A stretch of DNA of 64,000 nucleotides from Chloroflexota bacterium (GTDB lineage Bacteria; Chloroflexota; Dehalococcoidia; GIF9; UBA5629): NCBI GenBank assembly GCA_037443085.1, contig JBBIPA010000002.1:13739-77738 (forward strand). The letters run 5' to 3'. The notes under the pieces are model-generated. The model was not told the DNA's origin. It saw only the letters and a program-made list of their open reading frames with translations, and did no database searches. This document shows, piece after piece, positions 36,978 through 44,323 of the stretch. A program made the position numbers and the translations under genes. Within the stretch, counting starts at the first letter, position 1, and the number at the start of each line of letters is the position of its first letter.

Positions 36978-37286
36978 GGCACACTTCCTTCTCGATGAAC
37001 TCGGTATGGGATTGGCCGTCAGGCCGCTTGTTATTCTAGCACAATAAGCAATGCTTTGGCTAATGTAAAACAGCTTCAAAGCGGCTTACTCGAATGCCAC
37101 TTATATGTCTTTTTATTATCTAAATCCCGTTAATGTTACGAAAAGCATCAGCAATCAAGCAATATACTTCTATTAATGGCATTTTACTTGCTGTATCCTG
37201 GCCACATTCGCAATGCACAGGCTTATCGACCATAGCGAAAGGTACCGAGAGGCGACATTTATATCTATGGTACAATAGTCATCCAG

Positions 37287-38192
37287 ATGGCTAAAAGATT
37301 AACCAGAGCCTCCTTAGCGAAGTGGCGAGGGGAGCGAAGCGCTGGCTCCAGCAGCGTCACCCGTTGTGGCAACACAGCGTTCCTCTGGGGGCAAAAAACC
37401 TATATCATGGGAATCGTCAATGTCTCGCCGGATTCTTTCTCTGGCGATGGGTTGGCAAGCGTTGATGATGCTGTAGCTCAGGCGCATCGGTTTGTTGCCG
37501 AGGGAGCCGACATTATTGACATCGGTGGCGAATCCACCCGCCCCGGCACCACCTCCAAATCAGATCAGGAGGCTATCGAGCAGGAGTTGCAGCGGGTTAT
37601 GCCGGTGCTGAAGAGACTGGCTGGCAATATAGCTGTGCCCTTGAGCATCGACACCTATCATCATGAGGTAGCTATCCAGGCGCTAAATGCCGGCGCTCAC
37701 CTGATCAACGATATCTGGGGCTTAAAAAAAGATGCCAGGTTGGCCAGTCTGGCAGCGGAGAGAAACGTGCCCCTCATCCTCATGGCAAATCATCGTGAAA
37801 ACCCCCAGCGCCATATCATGCCGTCGGTCATTGCCAGCCTCAAATGGGCAGTGGATACAGCACTGGATGCCGGTGTGCCCTGGGATAACATCATTATCGA
37901 CCCCGGCATAGGCTTTGGCCCAACCTACGAGCAAAACCTGGAGATTATCCGCCGTTTTGACGAGCTAAAGATAATGGGACTCCCGGTACTTCTGGCCACC
38001 TCGAGGAAATCGGTGATTGGCCTTACTTTGAACCTGCCCTTTGAGCAACGTATAGAAGGCACTGCCGCCACCGTCGCTATCGGTGTTGCCAGAGGAGCAG
38101 ATATGGTACGGGTACATGATGTCAAAGAAATGGTCCGGGTTTGCCGGATGAGCGATGCCGTCATCAGGGGACCAGCGCAGAGGCAACAGTAA
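37287..38192 (+). CDS. folP: Dihydropteroate synthase
   Basis: IMGIVNVSPDSFSGDG and GGESTRPG motifs. The N-terminal extent is uncertain. Confidence 0.85.
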   Translation: MAKRLTRASLAKWRGERSAGSSSVTRCGNTAFLWGQKTYIMGIVNVSPDSFSGDGLASVDDAVAQAHRFVAEGADIIDIGGESTRPGTTSKSDQEAIEQELQRVMPVLKRLAGNIAVPLSIDTYHHEVAIQALNAGAHLINDIWGLKKDARLASLAAERNVPLILMANHRENPQRHIMPSVIASLKWAVDTALDAGVPWDNIIIDPGIGFGPTYEQNLEIIRRFDELKIMGLPVLLATSRKSVIGLTLNLPFEQRIEGTAATVAIGVARGADMVRVHDVKEMVRVCRMSDAVIRGPAQRQQ

Positions 38193-38725
38193 TGGTAACG
38201 GTGTATCTCGGTCTGGGCTCAAATCTGGGTAACCGCAAGCAAAAGCTGGCACAAGCCCTGGAGATGCTCTCTCAACAAGCAGAAATAGAGCAGGTTTCCT
38301 CGGTATACGAAACCGAGCCAGTCGGCTTCATAGAACAACCTTTATTTCTTAACGCTGTCTGCCGGATTTCTACCAGTTTAAGTCCGACTAAGCTGCTCGC
38401 CTTTGCCAAGAAAATTGAGTCTACCCTGGGCAGGGTACCCAGTTTTGCTAATGCTCCCAGGCCCATAGACATAGATATTCTTTTCTATGGCAATAGAACT
38501 ATCAGAAGTAACGCTTTAGCCGTTCCGCACCCGCGTTTAATCCAGCGGGCTTTCGTGCTGGTGCCGCTTGCCGAAATCGCTCCTGACTTAATCCATCCGG
38601 AAAGTAAAAAAACCATAAAAGAACTGCTGGATAGCTTGGGAAATGACGAAGGCGTGCGGCGATGGTCTGAAGCCTCAGCAATTATAGGTAAAAGAAGGAG
38701 GCGTCATGTATCAGGTATCTGTTGA
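38189..38725 (+). CDS. folK: 2-amino-4-hydroxy-6-hydroxymethyldihydropteridine pyrophosphokinase (HPPK)
   Basis: MVTVYLGLGSNLGNR start motif; the start is trimmed to 38189, overlapping the folP stop. Confidence 0.8.
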   Translation, partial: VMVTVYLGLGSNLGNRKQKLAQALEMLSQQAEIEQVSSVYETEPVGFIEQPLFLNAVCRISTSLSPTKLLAFAKKIESTLGRVPSFANAPRPIDIDILFYGNRTIRSNALAVPHPRLIQRAFVLVPLAEIAPDLIHPESKKTIKELLDSLGNDEGVRRWSEASAIIGKRRRRHVSGIC

Positions 38726-39071
38726 GCAGCACTTTGATGCCGCTCATTATTTACGGGATTATCACGGCAAATGCGAAAACTTGCATGGCCACCGTTTCAA
38801 AGTAGTGGTTCACCTGAAGTCGGAAAAACTCAACGAAATCGGGTTAGCCTATGACTTTGTCGAGCTTAAACGGCATCTTGCTGATGTCCTCGCCACCTTC
38901 GACCATACTTGTATTAACGATGTACCACCTTTCGATAAGCTCAATGCCTCTTCGGAGAATATTGCCGCCACCATTTACCAGAAGCTTAAGCCCAAATTAC
39001 CCGGGGAAATGATGCTGGCAAGTGTGGAAGTCTGGGAGTCACCCCAAACCTATATCACCTACAGCCCCTGA
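38706..39071 (+). CDS. queD: 6-carboxy-5,6,7,8-tetrahydropterin synthase (QueD / PTPS family)
   Basis: CENLHGHRFKV catalytic motif. 121 aa. Confidence 0.85.
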   Translation: MYQVSVEQHFDAAHYLRDYHGKCENLHGHRFKVVVHLKSEKLNEIGLAYDFVELKRHLADVLATFDHTCINDVPPFDKLNASSENIAATIYQKLKPKLPGEMMLASVEVWESPQTYITYSP

Positions 39072-39123
39072 TGCCTTGCTTAAAACGACTGGAGTTGTTA
39101 AATGAGGGCATAGGCCCTTCGCC

Positions 39124-39300
39124 CTATGTTCCCGGCGGCAATAGATGAGGAATGCTATCCTTGATAGCATAGCTGTGGTTACATTTCTGACAGAAAAGAG
39201 ACCCCTTCACCACATCGCTATTTTTTTCCTCGGCAATGTCCAGCTTGAGCGACCCCTTACATGCCGGGCAAGCTAAAATATCTATCAGGTCTCGTTTCAT
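39124..39300 (-). CDS. Trm112 family small protein (58 aa), absent from the ORF track
   Basis: Manual minus-strand translation gives MKRDLIDILACPACKGSLKLDIAEEKNSDVVKGSLFCQKCNHSYAIKDSIPHLLPPGT. This is the Trm112/UPF0434 pattern (ILACPxCKG...C..C...Y.I.DGIP.LL). Confidence 0.6.
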   Translation of the reverse strand: MKRDLIDILACPACKGSLKLDIAEEKNSDVVKGSLFCQKCNHSYAIKDSIPHLLPPGT

Positions 39301-39361
39301 CTCTCGCTCCTTACCGCAATCTCAACAAATCGTCTCAATGGTTAAGAAAATGCCAAATTTG

Positions 39362-39949
39362 CTATTTGGGCGGCTCGAAAAACAGGTATGACCACAGCGA
39401 CATCCTCACATACTGGGTTACTTTTTTCTCTTTCTGCACCTGGGTGGGGACCTGTCGATATTTCACCACGTCCCTGTATTTGGTTACATTCCGATACCTG
39501 GTCACCTCTTCAGGGTATTTCACTGTGATGACCGCCCTGTTATTGCCATAACTGTCCCAGAAATATCTCCATGGATAGAACCGTGTCCGGTTATCACTTA
39601 CCCAGAAAAAGTACTGCGGGTAAGAGGAATAGCCCTGAAAGTTGACTGTAACAGAGGAATTCGCCCTGGTCACATCGAAGGTGTATGACCAGTTACTGGA
39701 ACCCACGTAGGCATCATAAACGGTGTCTGTCCTAGTTTCCGTTGCCATATAAGGCTCGGTCGCCGTATACGCTTCCTGCACTGTATAAGGCTCGTTCTTC
39801 ATCTCCATTTCCCAGTAAGTTTCTGTCACCTGGATAGGCACTATCTTGAGGGGCAAAGCGAAGATAATAACTAGCACAAGTAAAGGGGCAAGCCCCGCAA
39901 CAATAGGTTTCCAGTTCCCTGGAATTTTTATCGAAATATTATTTGCCAC
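39362..39949 (-). CDS. Membrane-anchored hypothetical protein with a Tyr/Thr/Arg-rich repetitive ectodomain
   Basis: An N-terminal TM helix, then repeats such as VTRYRNVTKYRDVVKYRQV. Confidence 0.5.
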   Translation of the reverse strand: MANNISIKIPGNWKPIVAGLAPLLVLVIIFALPLKIVPIQVTETYWEMEMKNEPYTVQEAYTATEPYMATETRTDTVYDAYVGSSNWSYTFDVTRANSSVTVNFQGYSSYPQYFFWVSDNRTRFYPWRYFWDSYGNNRAVITVKYPEEVTRYRNVTKYRDVVKYRQVPTQVQKEKKVTQYVRMSLWSYLFFEPPK

Positions 39950-40137
39950 CGCTAACCTCCTTTCCGAATATGCTGCTGGTATGAGCGCAATTACTATTAT
40001 AACACTGGAAGTATTTTTCAGATAAATTCAGAAGCAAAACACCAGCCCAACTCCGCAACTAAGTCGTAGTATCCCGCGGGTTCCTGTGACTGTGATTTTC
40101 GGACAGCTACATTATAGTGCGTAACCTGAAAACACTA

Positions 40138-40166
40138 TTGACACTGTGACAACTTAAATGTACTCT
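40138..40166 (+). promoter_or_regulatory. Putative sigma-70 promoter (TTGACA, 17 nt spacer, TACTCT) for the DUF4870 gene
   Basis: An exact -35 hexamer and a 4/6 -10 match, about 35 nt before ATG 40201. Confidence 0.3.
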
Positions 40167-40200
40167 TATGTTTAATCAATTTAAAAGGAGGAGGATCGCT

Positions 40201-40527
40201 ATGACAAAAACGTCGACCGGACTTGGGGAGAACGTTGCCGGGTTGTTGTGCTATGTCGTAGGCTGGATAACAGGTGTGATATTTATCATCATCGAAAAAG
40301 ACAATAAGTTTGTCCGCTTCCACGCCATGCAATCAATAATTGTGTTCGGCATACTCACTGTAGCTCGCATCCTTCTGGGGTGGATACCGTTTATTGGCTG
40401 GATTTTCGGCATTATCATCGGGATACTGGCTTTCATCCTTTGGATTATCTTAATGGTTAAAGCCTACCAGGGAGAAAAATACAAGCTCCCCTGGGCAGGC
40501 AGCTTTGCCGAGAAACAGGTCGGCTAA
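40201..40527 (+). CDS. DUF4870 family membrane protein (stand-alone)
   Basis: A strong AAAGGAGGAGG RBS before MTKTSTGL. The LLCYVVGWITG...FVRFHAMQSI pattern is shared with the N-termini of the two HD-GYP fusion genes. Confidence 0.6.
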   Translation: MTKTSTGLGENVAGLLCYVVGWITGVIFIIIEKDNKFVRFHAMQSIIVFGILTVARILLGWIPFIGWIFGIIIGILAFILWIILMVKAYQGEKYKLPWAGSFAEKQVG

Positions 40528-40597
40528 TACCACACTAAATAAGCTATTTTTCAAATGGGAACCTTAGAATAGTGGAGGTCCTATAAGGCAACGTTTC

Positions 40598-40900
40598 ATG
40601 AAAAGTCCAATGGAACTGCCCAGGCTCAACATCAATTTCTGCAAAGTCGTGGTCGGCGTCTGTTTCTCCTTGCTCTGGGCCAGGGTGATGTACATAATCT
40701 GGGAACAGCCTTCCTACCTGACTTTTATCTGGTTTTACCTGGTGATTGGCAGCGTCATTCTGAAATGGGTGCTGTTCACCGTCATCGACCGCATTCATTT
40801 CAGGCTAAGACTCAAGGCACTGAAGAAAGAGCTGGATGAATCGGCGAGAAGAGTGAACGAGGCATCGCATTCCGCCAGGCAGAGAGATGAATGCAGTTAG
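40598..40900 (+). CDS. Hypothetical small membrane protein
   Basis: 100 aa with two predicted TM helices; no good RBS. Confidence 0.3.
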   Translation: MKSPMELPRLNINFCKVVVGVCFSLLWARVMYIIWEQPSYLTFIWFYLVIGSVILKWVLFTVIDRIHFRLRLKALKKELDESARRVNEASHSARQRDECS

Positions 40901-40916
40901 TCTTCCGGTTACTATC

Positions 40917-42203
40917 TCATTTCTGTTTGCTGGCGAATTTCATATTGGACAGCCCGATGCCGATAACAGAGATAGCTATTCCCAGCCAGAAGGCCGGCTG
41001 ATAGTTGCCGACCACGTCAAAGATATAGCCAGCGAAATAGGAGCCAAAACTGGCAGCGATTGCTTCGGCAAGACCCAGTACCCCCATGACCACCCCGATT
41101 GAAGCCAGCCCGAATGCTTCAGAGGATACGGAAAATCTCAGAACCGCCTGTGCCCCCCAGCCAAAGCCGAAAACGATGCCATACAGATAAAGCCCCCCTA
41201 AATCAGTGACCAGTATCCCTAACACCAGAGCAACAGTGGTTAATATCTCGCTCACTATTAGTGCCGGCTTATTTCCGATAATATCAGCAACACGTCCCAT
41301 GATAACTCTGCCCAGCAGACTGGATACGGTAAGGGCTGCGGTAACATTAGCCCCATCGGTTAATGAGAATCCCTTATCCTGGACAAAAGCTGCGGTATGC
41401 GGTAGAAAGGCAGAGCGGCAAAAACCGAAGCTGAAATATAAGCCGGTGATTATCCAGAACCGTCCTGTTCTGAGTGCCTCCCCTAGCGAAAGCCCCGTTG
41501 ATGACGGATGTTCCTCTGCTCTGTCCACCTGAAGAGTCGCCATTTCGGATTTGCCGTCAGGTAACTGCCCCACATCTTTCGGGCTATTCTTGAAAAACAG
41601 CCCTGCGGCAATCATACAGACCAGCGCCATGATGCCCAGTATGACATAGGTCAGGCGCCAGCCATAGTTCAGGATAAGCCAGGCGGTCAACGGAGCAATG
41701 ACCGGACCGCCGATGCCTATCCCTGCCTGAACGATACCGGTCATCAGTCCACGCTGTCGGGCAAACCACCGTACTATGGTAGCCATCACCGGCACCGTCA
41801 CCACGCTTACCCCGATGGCGGCAACCAGGCCGAAGTTGAGCTGGAATTGCCACAGCGCATTAACCTGCGACATCAGCAAAAACGATATTCCCAGAAAGGA
41901 GCCAAACAACGTAATGACTACCCTGGGGCCGAGTCTGTCAGTCAGCCGTCCGGTGACAATTGCCAGAGCACCATACACGATAGTAGAGATGGCATAACCG
42001 ACCATGATATCACCCCTGGTCCAGCCAAATTCATTCGACATCGGCACCAGAAGCACACTGAAGGCAGGGGTGTATACCCCCCATCCCACCAGCCACACCA
42101 TGAATCCCGCCGCAGTCACCACATAGCCATAGAAGAACTTCGGACTGGCGGTGCTACCGGACGGTGAACGGACTTCTTTGCGGTTCAGATTGTCTCGATT
42201 CAT
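40917..42203 (-). CDS. MFS transporter
   Basis: 12-TM pattern, 428 aa, with an MFS motif-like GRLTDRLGPR. Confidence 0.8.
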   Translation of the reverse strand: MNRDNLNRKEVRSPSGSTASPKFFYGYVVTAAGFMVWLVGWGVYTPAFSVLLVPMSNEFGWTRGDIMVGYAISTIVYGALAIVTGRLTDRLGPRVVITLFGSFLGISFLLMSQVNALWQFQLNFGLVAAIGVSVVTVPVMATIVRWFARQRGLMTGIVQAGIGIGGPVIAPLTAWLILNYGWRLTYVILGIMALVCMIAAGLFFKNSPKDVGQLPDGKSEMATLQVDRAEEHPSSTGLSLGEALRTGRFWIITGLYFSFGFCRSAFLPHTAAFVQDKGFSLTDGANVTAALTVSSLLGRVIMGRVADIIGNKPALIVSEILTTVALVLGILVTDLGGLYLYGIVFGFGWGAQAVLRFSVSSEAFGLASIGVVMGVLGLAEAIAASFGSYFAGYIFDVVGNYQPAFWLGIAISVIGIGLSNMKFASKQK

Positions 42204-42279
42204 TTAAACCTTTTTGCGGGCAGCACGTATAATAGCTTTCATACCCACTTTCCTGCAACTTCTCTCCCCAAAAAATATG

Positions 42280-42308
42280 TTGACACCATCACTGAGCAGG
42301 TCTATACT
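42280..42308 (+). promoter_or_regulatory. Sigma-70 promoter (TTGACA, 17 nt spacer, TATACT) giving a near-leaderless transcript for the GalT-like gene
   Basis: An exact -35 hexamer and a 5/6 -10 match; the predicted start site is about 7 nt before ATG 42322. Confidence 0.45.
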
Positions 42309-42321
42309 CAAACGCAAACAA

Positions 42322-43365
42322 ATGATTCGCTTTAGAATCCACAAAGAAAAAGCTCTGCTGCATAACCCGCTCAAGGAGTTTGAGCTTGAGGCGCAGCCCA
42401 TAGAGTACCGCGTCGACCCACTTACTGGTTTCACCTCGACTTTCCACACCCGCCCTGCCTCGTCGCCGGTGATATATCAGATTGATGAAGCTGTTGTCAG
42501 CAAACTGGCCACCGAGACAGAGGTAAACTGCCTGTTCTGCCCGGACAAAGCTGGCACCGCCACCCCGAAATTCCCCGCCAGTCTAATACCTGACGGCAGA
42601 ATGAGCCGGGGTGAAGCCACCATGTTTCCCAATCTCTTTGCCCAGAAAGGGCATTCTGCCGTCATCGCCCTGAGCAAAAAGCACTTTCTCAGATTAAACG
42701 AGTTCCGCCCTGATATTCTGTACAACGCACTTAAATTAGCCGAGTTTTACCTGCGGCGCGCTTACGAGGTGGACGGCATAAAATACGCCGAGATCGGGCA
42801 GAACTATCTCTACCCCAGCGGCTCCAGCGTGCCCCATCCCCATATCCAGGCATTAGCCTCCTACTATCCCTATTACCTGCTCAAGCTCTACATGGCGAAG
42901 GCCAGAGAACACTACCGGAAATACTCGCATAACTACTGGGATGAACTGGTCAGGAAAGAAAAACGACTGAAGGTGAGGTATCTGGGTGCTTTGGACAACA
43001 CCGAGTGGTTCATCCCCTTTGCCCCCAGCCGCCATGACGAGGTGAACTTTGTAGTCCGGGGTAAGTCCGATTTCCTGGAGTTTGACGACTCCGACTGGAA
43101 GAGCCTGGCTGATGGGTTGAGCCGTGTGCTACAGTCTTATCACGATGCCGGGCTGTCCTGCTTCAACTTTGCCATGTATTCTGCTCCTTTGGGAAAGAAG
43201 CTCAACTATCTCTGGGCTGGAGGCAAAATTGTCTCCCGCTCCAGTGTGCAAACGTTCCCTACCAGCGATGTCTGGTATGGTCCCAATATACTCCTTTACG
43301 GTTTTATCACCGTGCCGCCGGAGGAGGTGGCCAGAACTATCCGTCCCTATTTCGCCGAGCCATGA
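42322..43365 (+). CDS. Galactose-1-phosphate uridylyltransferase-like HIT-family protein
   Basis: SSVPHPHIQ histidine-triad motif (HxHxQ) and the GalT-like CxxC region (CLFCPDKAG). The start is taken at MIRFRIHKEK, downstream of the promoter. Confidence 0.7.
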   Translation: MIRFRIHKEKALLHNPLKEFELEAQPIEYRVDPLTGFTSTFHTRPASSPVIYQIDEAVVSKLATETEVNCLFCPDKAGTATPKFPASLIPDGRMSRGEATMFPNLFAQKGHSAVIALSKKHFLRLNEFRPDILYNALKLAEFYLRRAYEVDGIKYAEIGQNYLYPSGSSVPHPHIQALASYYPYYLLKLYMAKAREHYRKYSHNYWDELVRKEKRLKVRYLGALDNTEWFIPFAPSRHDEVNFVVRGKSDFLEFDDSDWKSLADGLSRVLQSYHDAGLSCFNFAMYSAPLGKKLNYLWAGGKIVSRSSVQTFPTSDVWYGPNILLYGFITVPPEEVARTIRPYFAEP

Positions 43366-44135
43366 ACAGAAGCAGAGACAGTGTTCCGTTAAAATCATTG
43401 AAGTGGTATAAAGACCTTGCCACCATCAAAGGGCGCCGTAAAGCCGGGGCTTTTATTATCGAAGGCGACAGGGCTATCCAGCAAATCATTGATAGTCATC
43501 CTGATGCTGTAATTGAAATTGTCTCGATTAACCAACCGCTACCAGCCTACCGCCATTATCCAGTGCGGCTGGTCACCGAAAGCCAGTTCCGCTCTCTATG
43601 CTCCACCGAAACTCCCCAGGGAATCCTTGCCGTCGTCCGCATACCTGTGGATACTTACTCCGATACATTGCCGGATAAGCCTGGCAACAGGGTATTGCTC
43701 TTGGAAGATATCCAGGACCCCGGCAATGTAGGGACTCTCATCCGCACCGCTGCCGCCTTTGATTATGACGGAGTTATCCTTACTGAAAAATGCGCTGACC
43801 CGTTCTCTCCCAAATGCGTTCAATCCACCGCTGGCAGCGTGTTATCGGTATGGCTCCGGAGAACTAAAAACCACCTTAAGCTTATGGAATCGCTGCGGGA
43901 AAGTGCCTACCCCCTTATTGCCACCGACTTGAATGGCAGAGAGGAGCCATCCATCCTCATTTGTAGCCACAAAGTGCTGCTGGCACTGGGCAATGAAGCC
44001 ACCGGCTTGTCCGCATCGCTGTTAAAAGCGGCAGAGCACCGCATTAAAATCCCTATTGACCGCAACAAAGCCGAATCACTCAACGTTGCCATCTCCGGCG
44101 CCATCCTGATGTACCTCAGTTCCGCAGAAGAATAA
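43362..44135 (+). CDS. TrmH/SpoU family RNA 2'-O-methyltransferase
   Basis: SpoU methylase motifs (LLLEDIQDPGNVGTLIRTAAAF...LALGNEATGL...NVAISGAILMY). Confidence 0.8.
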   Translation: MNRSRDSVPLKSLKWYKDLATIKGRRKAGAFIIEGDRAIQQIIDSHPDAVIEIVSINQPLPAYRHYPVRLVTESQFRSLCSTETPQGILAVVRIPVDTYSDTLPDKPGNRVLLLEDIQDPGNVGTLIRTAAAFDYDGVILTEKCADPFSPKCVQSTAGSVLSVWLRRTKNHLKLMESLRESAYPLIATDLNGREEPSILICSHKVLLALGNEATGLSASLLKAAEHRIKIPIDRNKAESLNVAISGAILMYLSSAEE

Positions 44136-44180
44136 CAGAAGCGGCTTTCAGCTCCTTCACAGGGTGAGAGGTCGGTAAAT

Positions 44181-44209
44181 TTGACAAATTTCCCCAAAAG
44201 TCATATAAA
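44181..44209 (+). promoter_or_regulatory. Near-consensus sigma-70 promoter (TTGACA, 17 nt spacer, TATAAA) that places the transcription start at about ATG 44216
   Basis: An exact -35 hexamer, a 17 nt spacer and a 5/6 -10 match. The first ATG lies 7 nt after the -10 element. Confidence 0.5.
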
Positions 44210-44323
44210 CGAAATATGCGTTATATTAAGCTGCTCCTGTACGCAGCTATGGCATCGCTGCTGTCAATCATTGCCTTGCCCACACCAGCAGACGGTGCTG
44301 GCTGAGGTCCCAGTGGATGTCCT

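Noticed and set aside
39261-39551. 96 aa plus-strand ORF overlapping the Trm112-like gene and the repetitive membrane protein gene
   Set aside because: It overlaps two better-supported minus-strand genes and has no RBS or homology signal.
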